DNA of 63,393 nt, filler included, from Choristocarpus tenellus KU-1152 (GCA_964200185.2; 9 parts of 9 records of this genome joined end to end with filler, not necessarily neighbours in it); one strand, 5' to 3'. Counted from the first letter of the whole stretch, positions 13,990 through 27,260 are shown. Numbers and translations are program-made. The notes: generated by a model from the letters alone, not told the origin.

Positions 13990-15300
13990 CAAAAAGAAGA
14001 AAATAGTACCGAAGCAGGGATTGGATACGGGGATCCACACCTATGACAGTACCCTTGCCACTTGGAAACAGGATTCGCTCCAGGACTTTTGAGAGAGAGA
14101 ATTTTGGGGATACTGCAAGGAGTTCACAGACATGAATGGCGGTAACTATACAGTGGATGGACGAGTGGATGGATGGGCGGACAATACTCCCTTTAAGGCT
14201 GCAACAACCATCTTGGGAAACTCAGCGCAGGAGTCCTTACTGCTCGAGTTCAGACCTTGTTCAACGACCAGGAAGTAGGTGTAGTGGTTTGTTACGGAGG
14301 TGATGATGAGAGATTTCAGATGGATTTTTCCTCTTGGGAAGAGATTGAGCGGAAACTGCACCCTTTAGCAGTACACCTGTTGCGACTAGGTTTATGAGTG
14401 AGAGGGTCAATGATGTTGCAATGATGTAACTTACATCCACCCTATGCCTCGATATTGGTTTCTTTTTCTCCTTGTAGAGTTAATATGATTCAAAACCTAC
14501 ATATCGGTCTTCATTCCAGCAGTAGGGTACTTGTTGGCCCTTCGGGGTGCGGTGTGTGTTGGACTTGGTCATTGGGACTGGGCTTTAGCAAAGCAATGCT
14601 GACATGACGTAATGATTGCTTGAAGCATCACGAGGGAAGTATGCAGGTGCTCTTCATCAAATGTCCATTGTATGTATAAAATCCCATGTGATTAGTCCGC
14701 TCTACAGAACCTTGGGCAACATGAATGGACATAGTTAAGTGTTGTTATAGCTGAGAGCACGTCTCATATCTTGCAGTTCATACCTCATCCTGTTAGATAC
14801 CCTAAGCGCTAGTGATATTATCGTATTCCATTGAACTCAGAGGGTTTGACCTTCTTGATCTACTTCTCGTGGTGATACTTCTCTCAGATTGTACCTCCTC
14901 AGCAGCCGTTCACCCCGTTGTCCAGTCTCTTTTGTCTTCCCAACCTAAGTCCCAGTACGATTTTGCTGGCGTGAGAATTTGGACTACCCTTCATGCGGGA
15001 CCTTGATTAAATCTTGGGCAGTGTCTGCTCCATCTTTTGTTTTGTTTGCAAATTTTAGTCAGTCGCAAGAAGCAGTTTTGATGCGACCTCCACCGTAGTC
15101 GCGAGTACTGGTGATGTATGCCGTCCATATCAATAGGGAAGCTCGATCTTCTCCCATGGTTATTCTCGCTGATGGACCCGTTATGCCTTCCAACCACCAG
15201 CGATTCTCGACTTCAAAAGTGACTACTCTGTGGCAAGTTGTCCGCCCTCGTACACTACCCTTGCTCAACTCCCAACTCACCATCCCGATTTGTGTATCCT
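13990..15300 (-). mobile_element. Degenerate Ty3/gypsy (chromovirus-like) pol remnant: integrase plus chromodomain
   Basis: Minus-strand fragments QGSVERTNH (~14690-14720; integrase GxVERxN motif) and KILSLK...KWQGY followed by frameshifted WIPVSN (~14020-14105; chromodomain KWxGY...WEP). Many stops and frameshifts. Confidence 0.45.
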
Positions 15301-16914
15301 GGTTCTTATCTCTCTCTCACCCTTCCACTTCCCGCCTTTCAACGTTCTCCAAACTCAGCGAGTGCGCTTGTTTCTGGCAGATATATTTGACAGGGGAGGG
15401 TGGTCTTGGATTGCTGGAGTGAAGGGTGCTTGGTGTGTGGAGGAAGGAGTTTGAGAGACGGAAGAAGGATTAGGGGCTGCGAGGGAGAGGCGGTAAGGGT
15501 GCTCTATAGTGTGTTGTTGACTGCAGATAAGAGGCCATTGTCACCAGGTTGGCTCCTTCTCACAGCAAAAATAGGGTTAGGGTGTCAGTTTTGTGTCATG
15601 CACCTGGAATGTGTCATTGGTGCGCTTCACTCTCACGCCAAAGTAAGCGAAAGAGGTGAACCGCTGATTTCTGGAAGCACATGTTTTGGAGCACACCTGT
15701 TTAGTTTGTACTTTCAACTTGCTGAAGCAAGTTGACCTTATCGATGCCCATTTTTTTTTATGCCTTGATCCTCTTTAGACAAAGTTGAAAAACCCCCTCA
15801 AGTTCCAAACTGCCAAAACCCTCCCCTTTTGGTTGCTTCGTTGAGAATATGTTGGCGGGGTGGAAGAGAAGAGGAGGAGCAATCCTTGGGTTGGGGCTTG
15901 TCAAGGAGTTGAAGTATTTGAAAGGGGGGCATCAAGAGGTGTTTCACCAAACGCCGTCCTTGCCCCTCTAAAAATGGAACAAAAACTCTCCAGGGAGGAG
16001 TCAAGAAAGGGAGGCAGAAGAGGAGTTATAGAGCAACACGGGGGAGGGCGACGCAGATACCTGTTAAAACAGTTGCTTGGAGTACAGGTGATCTGTTCGT
16101 AGATACCCCTTCCTGCTGTTACCACCACTGCATTACGTTCTCTTCTTAGTAGCTCTCAATCACTGCACACTGGGTGAACTTCAATGGTATTTAGAGGGTG
16201 CAATCGATCTTGGTTTCCCCAGTCGCTTCTTCTTTTTTTCATGTGCCGTGAGACAGACGACATCTAAAGTATGTACCTCTTTTTGTCCCACGCATGAGGA
16301 GGTGTGGTGACTTCCTGCTGTGACTATGATATTGCGTTTCGTATTTTGCACAAGCAATGTTGGCGCTCTGTCTGTGTCGTAATGCCTCTGCTATCAATAG
16401 GTGACCCTGGTGAGTACAGTGTGTCACATGGCCCTAACCCCATCCCTCTGTTAATGCTAGAGTACACTCGTTCGGCATGTGTGCTAAGGTAGGCGCCTTC
16501 GCCACTCTTGTATCCAAATGCACCTGGCTCGTGACTGTTTGTGTTGGGAATGTGCAGATTTTTGCACTTCTGTCACGAAGATGAGGTGGACAGCCGCCGA
16601 ATATCACGTGTCACAGGAAATTCATACCTTGGTCTTCTACTTGAGTACTTTGGAGTCAGCAGCGCCCACCTGCAAATCACAAGCAGTTACTTCTATCAAT
16701 GAGACCTTTTTGGAGTAGGCAATGAAGAGCCGTTGCTCCTGACACAAATCCATTCCTCAACCAATACCCTAGTCAGGAACTCATGAGCACTCAAAAGACA
16801 CTTCAACACACTGTCGTGTAGTACGCTGAGCCCCCCCCCCCCCCCCCCCTAACACCAACCCCACGTCGTTTTCTGGTTTTTTTCGGGAGGCCCAAATATG
16901 TTGGCAACAAAAAA

Positions 16915-17014
16915 NNNNNNNNNNNNNNNNNNNNNNNNNNNNNNNNNNNNNNNNNNNNTTAATTAATTAANNNNNNNNNNNNNNNNNNNNNNNNNNNNNN
17001 NNNNNNNNNNNNNN
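16915..17014. other. Artificial contig spacer (44N-TTAATTAATTAA-44N); identical spacers at 20496-20595, 25136-25235, 32691-32790, 39072-39171, 50782-50881, 53628-53727, 57857-57956; a separate 10-N gap at 61357-61366
   Basis: The same 100-bp structure with a six-frame stop linker occurs eight times. Confidence 0.97.
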
Positions 17015-17802
17015 TCAACCTTCTGCCTCAAACGGAGACACACACACCCCAAAAAAATCGCACCAAAAAACAACACACCCCCAAGGGAACTCCGCCCCCC
17101 CCCCCCCCCCCCCCCCCCCAGATACTTCAAGCCTTTGACTTTTTTCGGTTCTATACGCACACCTCAGAAAATGAGGTTAATGTGATTCATAGAAACGAAG
17201 GTTCAGATAGAGGTATGGATTACTGTGCCAAACAAAAAGAAAGAATATCATTTGTGCTGGTCAAAGTCTGCATTCAGGTTAAATTCGCTGTTTTGATAGT
17301 GGGATACGCTAAACAGCAGAGTGTGCACCGCCACGGCTTACATGGTACTGCACTCAAAACAGGAGAAAATTGCAATAAGTGTCGAGAAGGTTACTACTAC
17401 AGGAAGGTTTTCTTGCTTACACTCGAGAGACAAAAGGGGTCACAACTGTCTCATGAGGATTTTGATTGGAAATACAGGGAGTAGCCTAGAGGAAGGAGGA
17501 ACGTTTATGAGCAGTGTTGTTCATACTTCTCTAGAGCTTATTTCAACAGCTTTTTTCTTGTGGTATTGGGCACTACATATAGCAAGGGACAGCAGACGAA
17601 GATGAAATCTTGGCACAGGTGTGCATGTTCACTTGACCAAACTCCTTGACTTTCAATGTTACTGCTGGTTGATTGCATTGTTTAAATACAAAATGTGTGA
17701 ACCAAAACAGCTGCCCCCGCAGTGCAATCATCCTGGAATGATCACAGCTTAAGGTGAAGTGCATTCTGAATTCCTCTACATCCTAAGTTCTCATCACAGA
17801 TC

Positions 17803-20111
17803 TCAAACCAATTTTCCATTTTTTCTTGAACTGCTAGTGTGAGTTTTTGAGCAAGGGCTTGTCATGTCAGCCTGTCTCTGGTAGGCTACTGTTCGAGCGT
17901 AAAAATTGGCAAGGTCACCACTCACAAAGGGACTTTTTGGACTGCGAGAGAACTGTTGTATTGGAGAGAGGTCCTTCAGGAGCCACACCATGAAGTTCGC
18001 ACTGTCATCACCTGTCACCGCCTGTCCACTGCTCTCAAGTACCCCAATGCCGACCACCTAGGGGAGAGAGGGGACAAGTTCTTGCAGGCTTGTAGTTATT
18101 TGTTGCTCTCCTCTTGGCACCAAAGGCGTTAGGGATTTGGTTTAACCAGGCTTTTCATTGGGCTGGGCTATTAGTAAGTCCATTGTTGGCCATAAAGATG
18201 GAGATTGAGGTTTTGGCAGGTGCTCATGAATTTCCAGTAGTACCTATATTTGTGAGATATCAAGTGGTTTCCAAAGATTGAACTCCCATCAAATTCAAGG
18301 ATGGCAAAACACTAATATGGAAGGGCAAGAATCCCTCATCTAACCCAAGCCCTAACTCTGCATGTGATTTTATGTGTCTAAGTGACAGCCTCTATTCCGT
18401 TCCAACCCTGGGAAACCTTGAGTGATAGTTGATGGGATAGATCTGGTTTGTCTAAGAGGACCAAAAGCCAACATCTCTTGACATCTCCATTTCTGCTTCG
18501 AGCATTTGAATTTTTCTTGCACAACCTCACATCAATCTATCCAAAGCCCCAGTCTGTATTGTTTGTACGATACGGTCACAAGTACCCACTAACTGCTCCT
18601 GTTCACAATTGACCTGGCAGTTGTGACCCTTGAGGCGTCCTTGAACGTCAGGCTCCAGACCAGCACAATTATTAAGCTTAGTAATCTTCCAGACCAATAC
18701 TGCAGGAGAAGTGTCCAGCCGGTTCACAAATTTCCCTGCTGTTAGCACAAGAGATGCCAAAGGGCTGTGTGCCACGACCACCACTCCACGTTCGTGTGCC
18801 TGAGGGTTCCAGGCGGATCAGGGGGGTTGTCACAAATACTTGGAGGAGTTGTATTCTCTCTGCATGACTTTGTTAAATTGATGGAACAACGAAGTTTTCG
18901 AGTTTCTGATATATATATAACAGGTTTCCTGTCGTTGAATAGAGCCATTGAACAAATGATCCCACCCACAGGTCTTTCTTCCTTCTTTTAGATATCCCAA
19001 ACCCTAACCCTAACCCTAACCCTAACCCTAATCATTATCCTACCCCCAGTCCAGACGTTGTGGTCTGGACATAGTAGTGGTCGTAAATGTAATGCAAAAT
19101 GAAATACCTTCCTTGGTTGTCTAGCACTTGCTGTTAGACTTTTTTTCTTCACTATTGGGCCATATGGGTTTGTTTATACTTGCATTATCATGTGTTTGTT
19201 TCTTCAAAGTGTTTCTAATATAATTTCAATGTTCCATTTATTACTGTAGAGGTCAGAGATTCACTATGAGTACACCACCAAGACTGACTAACTTCACTAC
19301 AACTACCCACAATACCTCCATATGTGCCTTGCTTCTCACGTGCAAAGATTCTACCAGTCCACCACATGCTGGTCATCCCCTTCCTCAACAATTCATTAAC
19401 TGGTTCACTCATCAGCACCACTCTGCAACAAAAGCAACGATCACACCCCTTTGACATCACGTTTCAACCAAGATTCCAACCTCATGTAGAGTGGATGGGA
19501 ATACGTACATGTACATGATGCCCTTCACACACCTCTTACGATAGCCTCTGACAAGATATATCTCCATTCACCTGCAAGCACTGTAAGGTGCATCGACTAC
19601 TCTTGGCACCACCCCACACTGCTAGTGTCCCATCCCCACTTCCCGTCAGTATACTGGGCATGGAATCTCCTGATACAGACTTTAGCAATGATGCAGAAAA
19701 GAAAAATGATTCCATGTAAGGTGGAGTTTGAGCTATCTGTGACAGATTGTCCGATGGTAGGAATAATTTAGCTAGGGTTAGGGTAAGGGTAGGAGAAGAG
19801 ATATCTTGAAAGCATGAATGGATGGAAGATGAAGCAGTGTGTCTAAGGTTCATGTGTATCCTCAATCGTCATCTTGATCATTATCAATTATTGAAGAGAT
19901 TAGTTTTTTTTACTCATTCTCCTACAACAAAAAGCTTTTTTTTTGGGGTTTTGTGGGTCCCCACCAGCTCTTGTACGTAGCATATTCCTGAGTCGTGTAT
20001 CCAAAGCTTGGCTGTCATTCGGAGGGTGCCAAGGTCCCACCCAACTAGTGCACCATTCGAAGAACTTGCAGTCAGGACCATCTCCAGCGATGGACTCCAG
20101 TGAATTACAGT
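17803..20111 (-). CDS. WD40-repeat protein, partial (four exons)
   Basis: In-frame exons 20111-19965, 19679-19572, 18799-18614 and 18057-~17803 give TVIHWSPSLEMVLTASSSNGALVGWD...ILTGSGDGTLAVW...CLQ|AHERGVVVVAHSP...VLVWK...LKGHNCQ|VVGIGVLESSGQAVTGDDSANFMVW. This shows repeated GH/AH...W spacing and canonical splice sites. Confidence 0.8.
19000..19032. repeat. Interstitial telomere-type (CCCTAA)n tract in an intron; similar tracts near 50320, 58463, 59338, 59708
   Basis: accctaaccctaaccctaaccctaacccta directly visible. Confidence 0.85.
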
Positions 20112-20595
20112 CTGGGTCAAACCGGTGTCAACAGATTACAACCGCAGAAAATACAAGGTAAGTGGCAGCAAACAATAAGTAAATGCATAGATTCTATTTT
20201 TTAAATATGTTTCTATTATCTTACAATGTTTTCATCAAGCTGCAGAGTCTACTCCCCCCTCAAATCTTGGCAGTGCTAAATAAGTTGCTGAGGAATGATT
20301 GGCTTCATTCGTCCTTTGATCCCCTTGCCTGAGCCGTGGGTGTTTCCTCTCTCTGGGTTAACACAGGAAGATATTGAGCAGAACTCTTTCTTTCCTCTGC
20401 TGTAGCAAGGTCCCAGGAAGAAAGGTAGTGGGGACCACTGGGGCCAATAGAGCTGCTGGTGATAACAATGTCTTTTCCCTCCATGCTGTACAGTGNNNNN
20501 NNNNNNNNNNNNNNNNNNNNNNNNNNNNNNNNNNNNNNNTTAATTAATTAANNNNNNNNNNNNNNNNNNNNNNNNNNNNNNNNNNNNNNNNNNNN

Positions 20596-20676
20596 CCCCA
20601 GATACTTTGACCCAATTGCAACATTGGATTTTGACCCCCAAATGGACGCGGCTCTACCCTCTAAGATACTTTGGTT
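20596..20676 (-). mobile_element. Nested MITE ends: family B terminus abutting internal family A sequence and an A terminus
   Basis: ccccagatactttgacc (B end) is followed by caacattggattttgacccccaaatggacgcggctctaccctctaagatactttgg (reverse-complement A end). Confidence 0.7.
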
Positions 20677-21416
20677 TGAACTAGCTCCCACGATTTTTGT
20701 AGTCAAGGGTGCACAGTAATGATGAACACGTGAGTATATCCCAATGCTTAGCAGCAACCTGTCCACCCACTTCAACTGGTTGCACACAACATCTGTCCCT
20801 ATACAGCCAAAATTCTTCCCTTCCAACCAACCCTAGCAAAAAATAGTCAGGTTAATCCATGTTTTTCGTCTGCATGGATGTGTGAGATTCCATGCGGCCA
20901 AATATGAAGATACTCTCTTTCCAAGCTCTTTGTGCAAAGAGTGTTTCATGCAGAAGTTCGAAATAATGATACTGGGATCTTTTTAGGCTGTCCTTCCCCT
21001 CCAAACTTTAGTTGTGAAAGCAATCAGCAACGAGCACAATGGGAAAAGTATTCACTAGTGTGTACCTTATAGGGTAGTGAGGTTATATTTTTGAGGAAGG
21101 TTGTCTTGCTGTTTTGTAGTATCCGATTCTGTAATTGTCACTATAAGCATAGTATATATGTGAGACAGTTCTGCCTTGCATAGCGCACACAAAATGTGTT
21201 CTTCGTTTGAGTCATGTGCCATACATAAACCCTGCTACAAGCAACATCATGTGTTCAAACCTAGTCTAGCCTAGTCTAACCTAGTCTAACCTAGTCTAAC
21301 CTAGTCTGCAGGTTTGCACGACAAAATAAACATATGTGTGTTGATTCAGTCAATTGTTGGCTATAGGAGGATAGCGAGGTTAGATGTGACATCCCCGCAT
21401 GCCAAGTTTCACATAC

Positions 21417-23727
21417 CTTTGCCTCTTCCATTGCCTGCCGAAGCATTTCCCGAAGCGACGATCCTTCTGCTTGGCTGCTCTCCAGGGCCACCTTGCCCCA
21501 TTTACCCGTTTGAGAGTGAGTAGTGTGCGGAAGTTAAGTGAATGCTAGGAATTGCAATAGTGTCACCCTCTAATTGTATTGCAACCTTGTACCACACACT
21601 GGGCAGTTCAGAGAATCGCAGTACACAATGAATGCATTCTCTTGACCCAAAGGAACATTTAGGCTATTCCAATGTTGAAAACTGCTGTATTTTGTTCCTT
21701 GCCACCTGTAGTTTTACTCCACAATCTCATCACCACTTTCGCCAGTACTATTATTGCTACTCCGGACTACATCATTTTCAATGTTCAGACTGGGAGTTCC
21801 ATGTGTGTGTGCCACATTTACTCACACTATGGAGGTCCCATCCAAGCAAACCAACAGCATGTAGTGTCACCCATAGTACTTCAAAATACTCAGTACTTGG
21901 TACTTGGTACTTAGTACTGTCTATACGGTATACACAGAGTCAAAGTATCTTAGAGGGTAGAGCTGCGTCCGTTTGGGGACAAAACTCCAATGTGCGATTT
22001 TGTTGTAGTTTGGGGCATTGTGTTTGTTCGGAAGTATCAGTATCCTTGTTTCTGAACACAGCTTCTGATAACATACACATTTGACCTACTCCGAAACATT
22101 TCGGAGTAGAAGAATGCGATAGAAAACCCGTGGGAAGTCAAGCCCGAAATGGACAAACAGGGCAAAACTTGTAACCTCTAAGATACTTCCACTCACAATG
22201 CAGACTATGGTCTACACCTCTAAGTCTATCGCCTATTCACTCCACAAATCTCTCTGTTATCATCAACCCTAGCCCCCTCTTGTGTGTCCTGTCTCACTAT
22301 CTTACTATCACCCTTTGAAACTATTGCCATGTTGCTCTCCAAGTGTAAAGGTCTTCCACTCAGTAGAAACCTTTTTTATGTTAATCCTACCCCCTCAAAA
22401 TGGTGAAGTGGTCTGCGGGATCATGCGTTTGGAATACTGACCTTACCGCATCAACTAGTGGTCGGTCACATTACTACAGAGAATTTTCGTTTGGTTCTGA
22501 CAAAAAAGAAAAAAGACACTGTGCACTTGCGCTTGCAAAAGAAAATGTTCTCTGCCTTCACCTCAGCACCAGCTAGACGGTTCTCGAGTTCCTCTCTCTC
22601 TGCTCTCTGTGCTTCCTCCTTGGCAGCCATCTCATTCCTCTCTTGTTCGAGTAGCTTAATCTTCCCCTTTAATGCAGTACACACACGGATGAAAATGCAC
22701 ACGTGCAAGTACAAACCATTGTCAGCCATCCACTCACAAAACATTGGTGTAGGCATAATCGATCCTTGGTAATGATTTGTGGACTGGGCACCCTCTCGAT
22801 TGCCCTCTCACCTCCCCAATAAGCCCGCTACGTCTCCAAGGATGCCCTGTATCTCTCAACAAACCAGGTTCTTCTTAGTCATGGACATCAAACAGAAAAA
22901 TGCAGCCCTCCAACAAAATGGAAACTACTCCTTCTCCCCTCCCCCAGGGCTGACCCATTATAATGCCCACCCTGAGTTCAATCTCCTTGTTGCGGAACCC
23001 TTCCCTTACTTCATCCACACTCTTCACCAATTCCTCTTGTTTTTCTTCCATCCTCCTCTTTTCCTCACCCACAGCCGCCTCAACCAATGCCTCCTGAAAA
23101 TATTTTATCGAGTAGGCACCACGCAATGTCAAGGGCAATCTTTAGGGGCAACTTGATCACGAGGAGAGCATGGCGATTCATACCACATTTTTATTGAATC
23201 AAGGGCTCCTTCTTCCAGTGCTGCCCCACCTGCCATCCCACAAAACCTTACAAGGAAACGGTGTCGTTGATTCTAACGTCCTGGTTGATAAAACATGTTG
23301 CAGGCAAGGAGTGCAGCAGGTTAGGTGTCAAAAGCTACCAATAAAGTCATATGGACTGACTTGTCATACAATCTTTCCCTTCCCAGACAGACTGCCCCGG
23401 AATGTCACTCAAGCAGGCCTGCAGTAAGTGGATTGTTGTAGCTCTTGGGGGACTTGTCAACAATGTATCTAGCACGTTTTCTGAATATACCCGAGCTGTC
23501 CACATCTAGATTATATACACAAAAATGACCACATTAGAACATTTTTTTAAAATCAAGATGTAGTGCGTGCTTGTGCGTTTTGAAGGGCTGGGTTGAGGTC
23601 ACACCTTCTCCTCCTCGAATTTCTGACGCTCATCAGCAGCGATGACTGCTCTAAGCTTCTCATTCTGATCAAGAAGGCCGTTGCTAGCAACCAGGTCTGC
23701 ACGTTCCTCAGTTAACCGTGCATCCAC
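21417..23727 (-). CDS. Coiled-coil (E/K/R-rich) protein, partial (four exons)
   Basis: Phase-0 exons 23727-23605 (VDARLTEERADLVAS...QKFEEEK), 23093-22971 (EALVEAAVGEEKRRMEEKQEEL...ELR), 22666-22562 (GKIKLLEQERNEMAAKEEAQRAEREELENRLAGAE) and 21491-21417 (VALESSQAEGSSLREMLRQAMEEAK), all AG/GT bounded. Confidence 0.7.
21937..22194 (+). mobile_element. MITE family A copy (~258 bp), intronic
   Basis: TIR GAGTCAAAGTATCTTAGAGGGTA ... ACCTCTAAGATACTTCCACTC; flanking ACA duplication. Confidence 0.9.
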
Positions 23728-24026
23728 CTATTTCAAAAAGTACTATTGCATTCAGTGTTAGTATTGAAGGTTGAAAGTCGATGTTTGAAGGTTGAAGCGG
23801 GACTGGTACTTTGGACCCTGTAGTCGACCTTTTTATCTCTCTCTTAGACCTTTTTATCACCCTCTTAGACCTTTTTATCACTCATTATCTTAGGACAATT
23901 ACAAAATTCTCCAGCAAGGTAAAAGGATCTAAGATTTAAAAAAAGGATCTATGGTAAAAAGAGTGACAAAAAACACAGTTTTGCAGCAGAGTATAACAAG
24001 GGCAATTCATTGTGGGTGTGTTTTGA

Positions 24027-24247
24027 CCCATAGTATCAAGAAGACGGGGGATCAATTGTTCATTCAGGGTCTGTGTGAACCATTTGTGATTTTCGTGTCA
24101 TCTGATATCCCTAACCCACCCAGAACCAAATTTGTAGGAAAATCACCCCTAAAAACGGGCATCAAACTTGGGTATCTTATAACTCCCCACCAAGTCCCGA
24201 ATGTACAACATGCTCCAAATACCGCCCCCTCTAAGATAGTATGGACC
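24027..24247. mobile_element. Diverged MITE related to family A
   Basis: Ends gacccatagtatc... and ...ccctctaagatagtatggacc resemble the A TIR; the internal aaaacgggca...aacttgggta motif recurs near 46241. Confidence 0.45.
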
Positions 24248-25499
24248 TGCAAAGTTGAAAGGGGCTAGATAGCAAGAAAGAAAGAAATAGATATATCACA
24301 AGATGAATTCCATCTTGATTCCTAGTTGGACAGACACACTTGTATTTTCTTGTCCCAGGTAAAAAATAAAAAATAAAGGGGGAAGTTTTGTGGGATTTTT
24401 TTCAAAAGGTTTGTGGGAGGATTGAATTTAAAAAAATGCTACATCTGTGGGGGCACCTTTATGGGTTAGAGTTATGGTTTGGAAAATCATGCTTGTGGGA
24501 TATCCTTGGCATTGCCCTGATGCTACCTTGTCATATACGTACATACATATATATATGTATAGTCTAATTATCTGTGTCATTCTGTGTATGCACAAAGGAC
24601 ATAGAGGTGTGTGGGATTAGTAGTATTTCAATCGTTGAGGTTGAGGCTAGATTTAGGGTTAGGGTTAGAATGGTTGTGAGGTGTAGGATTAGGGTTGTAC
24701 TCTGTTTAGGTGAACACGAGTTGACTCTATGGGCACTGAAGAAGGCTCTGGAGCCAGTATTTGATCAATAAAACAGCAAATGCGCAGCTACAATTTTTTT
24801 CTTTTGCTGTTGTAGGTTATGTCTTTTTTCTTTTGTCATTCAAGTGCAATAGAGCAAGTGCAGCAGAGCTATCAGATGGTCCACGTAGCACAATATTATA
24901 ATAGATTATATCTCATGAAGTAGTAGACTGTTGGAAGATGAAACAAGGACCATGTTGTGACTATGTTGTGACTATGTTGCCACCATGTTGATGTTTCTCA
25001 ATGAGAGGATGGTTGATTTGGAAAAAAAACAAGACATTTCAGTCACTACTTTCCACAAATCCTCCAAGAACGATAGACCCAAAGTATCTGGGGGGGGGGG
25101 GGGGGGGATCGCCGAGGGGGACACAGTGGGAAAAANNNNNNNNNNNNNNNNNNNNNNNNNNNNNNNNNNNNNNNNNNNNTTAATTAATTAANNNNNNNNN
25201 NNNNNNNNNNNNNNNNNNNNNNNNNNNNNNNNNNNCCGGAGTGGGGGGGGGGGGCTTGCCACCATATCAATCCTGTTCTATGGATCACTAATCACATGTT
25301 GTTCTCTTCCAACAATTGTTGCTTCTTATATAATCTACGTAAATGAAAAGAAATATAGCCTTTTCTTCACACACTACCCTGCTTTGAACGTTTGGTGAAA
25401 CGTGATGCCTTGATCACTCTTACGCATATCAAAACACAAGAATGAATCCCAATTCATTCTACTCATAATATCACTGGAATACCCATCGAGCGATTCCTT

Positions 25500-27260
25500 T
25501 CACAGATCATACATGCAAGAGATCTGAATGTTGGAACTCCGAAGGTAAATATCAAATTGCAATATTCTCTTCCCTCTCGAGCTGGCATACATAGTGATAC
25601 CGTACATCTATGTGCTTTCTTCTCCCCCCCAGATACTGCATTCTGGGCAATCTAAATTGCACCACATTATCCTCCAACGCTGATACAGAGTAATCCTCAT
25701 GAAGTGGTTGCATGGACATGTGTACAACTACTTAAGGAATATATCCTATTTCTCCAACTCAACACGATGCAACCTACTCGGCCTCAGCAGTAGACGGTGT
25801 AACCGTTTTCTTCTTTCTGGATCATTGGTCAACATGGTTATCCATAAGGACGATTGTGTTCATCACGACCTCACCATCCATTATCCATTTGAAAAACATG
25901 GACCTGCAACACATTGTTCCAGTCCCAGCTCCAACAAAGCATTCACCAGCAGAAGGTTCCCGTTCCAAGACACTTGGACTATCCCCTACAGAGACTTCTT
26001 CAGCAATCCCACTGCTCCATCAAAGATTACCCTCCAGAGTTGTCGCACTGAATTCGCATCAATCATTCTTGATCGACCGATCAATGACCTCAGTTACAAC
26101 AGAACAAATACATCGGTGCTGTGCAGCACAATGACTTCTCTTCGCAACACAGAGTACGCGTTTCGCTCGAAAGTATGATGCATTCGATTCAGGTTTCTCC
26201 CTCTCGTCATCTCCTTCAACCTAGTGACACTTTCTGTTATGTCTGGGTATATGAGGTGACGGTTTGTTTTCAGGTCAGGAAGTGTCAGTAGGTTTATCTG
26301 GTTGGCTTTCAATGTAAACAATCCACAATTTTCCCACTCGTCTCCACAAACTACAATCCAGGTCCTCCAGAACAAGGGGTTAATTGCGAAGAAAGTCCAC
26401 CTTTCCAATTGAATCTGCACCTGACTGCTCCCTGTTTCAATCGTGGAGAGGAGATTTAAATTTTAGAACATTAATCTGTGACATTTTATGCAAGATGAAG
26501 TTGAAAACTTCCCCATTCCATACATAACGTAGTGACAAATCACCTATGATGTGTATGAAACTTGAAGAACCATTTTATCATGGACAGTCACCCATGTACC
26601 CTACCACTGTTTTTGGATCTACCTGAGCAGAAGATCTATTTGTCGTATGTCCCCAACATACACTGTCAACGAACCAAAGCTTATTCCATTCCTCAAGACT
26701 CCTTATCAAAAAGACATCAATAAGCTGTACCACCTGCTTTGCTTTCCCATCTCCAGGTTTACCAGATTTTTGCCGTCTCCTTTTCCTTCTCCCTTCCTGT
26801 TTCTCCTTTCTTCTAATGGTTAATCCAGAACGACTTGATCCTTGTGTCGAGTCATCCTAACGTCCCCAGCGCGTTTAGGGCAGCTGTAAGCCTTGTGAAT
26901 TGTCACTCGACAAACATAGCAGGCACATGACGAACAACAGGAGGGCAAGAAGACTGAAAGTGCAGTCCTCCACACATGCTGGTTGTCGATCCTTTCGCCA
27001 CCCTGTAGTTCCTCCACTCGCCTGGGCTCCATCATTTATCAGTGACCAACCGTTCTTTCCATCCGTCTTCATTGTTGACGTTTTCGCATCCTTCACATCT
27101 CACAAACTTTCCTTTGAAGATTGGGTCTACCTACATGCCCTCTTTCAGTAACCTGTTCTATCTCCATAAAGTACTCCTTAGCAAGGCAACAGTGAATTAC
27201 ACTGATCTGGGCCTCCTCCCTGGGCTCATAATCTATCGACCTCATTTCCTTCACCACCTT
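25500..27260 (-). mobile_element. Degenerate, internally deleted Ty1/copia LTR retrotransposon (gag knuckle, protease, integrase, RNase H; RT missing)
   Basis: CYVCRVTIHKAYSC (CX2CX4HX4C, ~26880-26925); WFVDSVCWGH (protease, ~26650-26680); integrase-like SIKND*CEF...SGIAEE; RNase H STAEAE*VA, LEDNVVAI and RKHIDVRYHY (~25590-25620). Confidence 0.8.

Noticed and set aside
16959-16970. Recurrent palindrome TTAATTAATTAA
   Set aside because: Always centred in N runs; it is an artificial six-frame-stop linker.
16850-17095. Unusual low-complexity sequence next to poly-C/G runs at contig ends (also 25110-25135, 61330-61390)
   Set aside because: Looks like degraded base calls after homopolymers rather than real sequence.
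17803-23727. WD40 and coiled-coil exons as one gene
   Set aside because: Same strand but on different pieces separated by a spacer; cannot be joined from this sequence.
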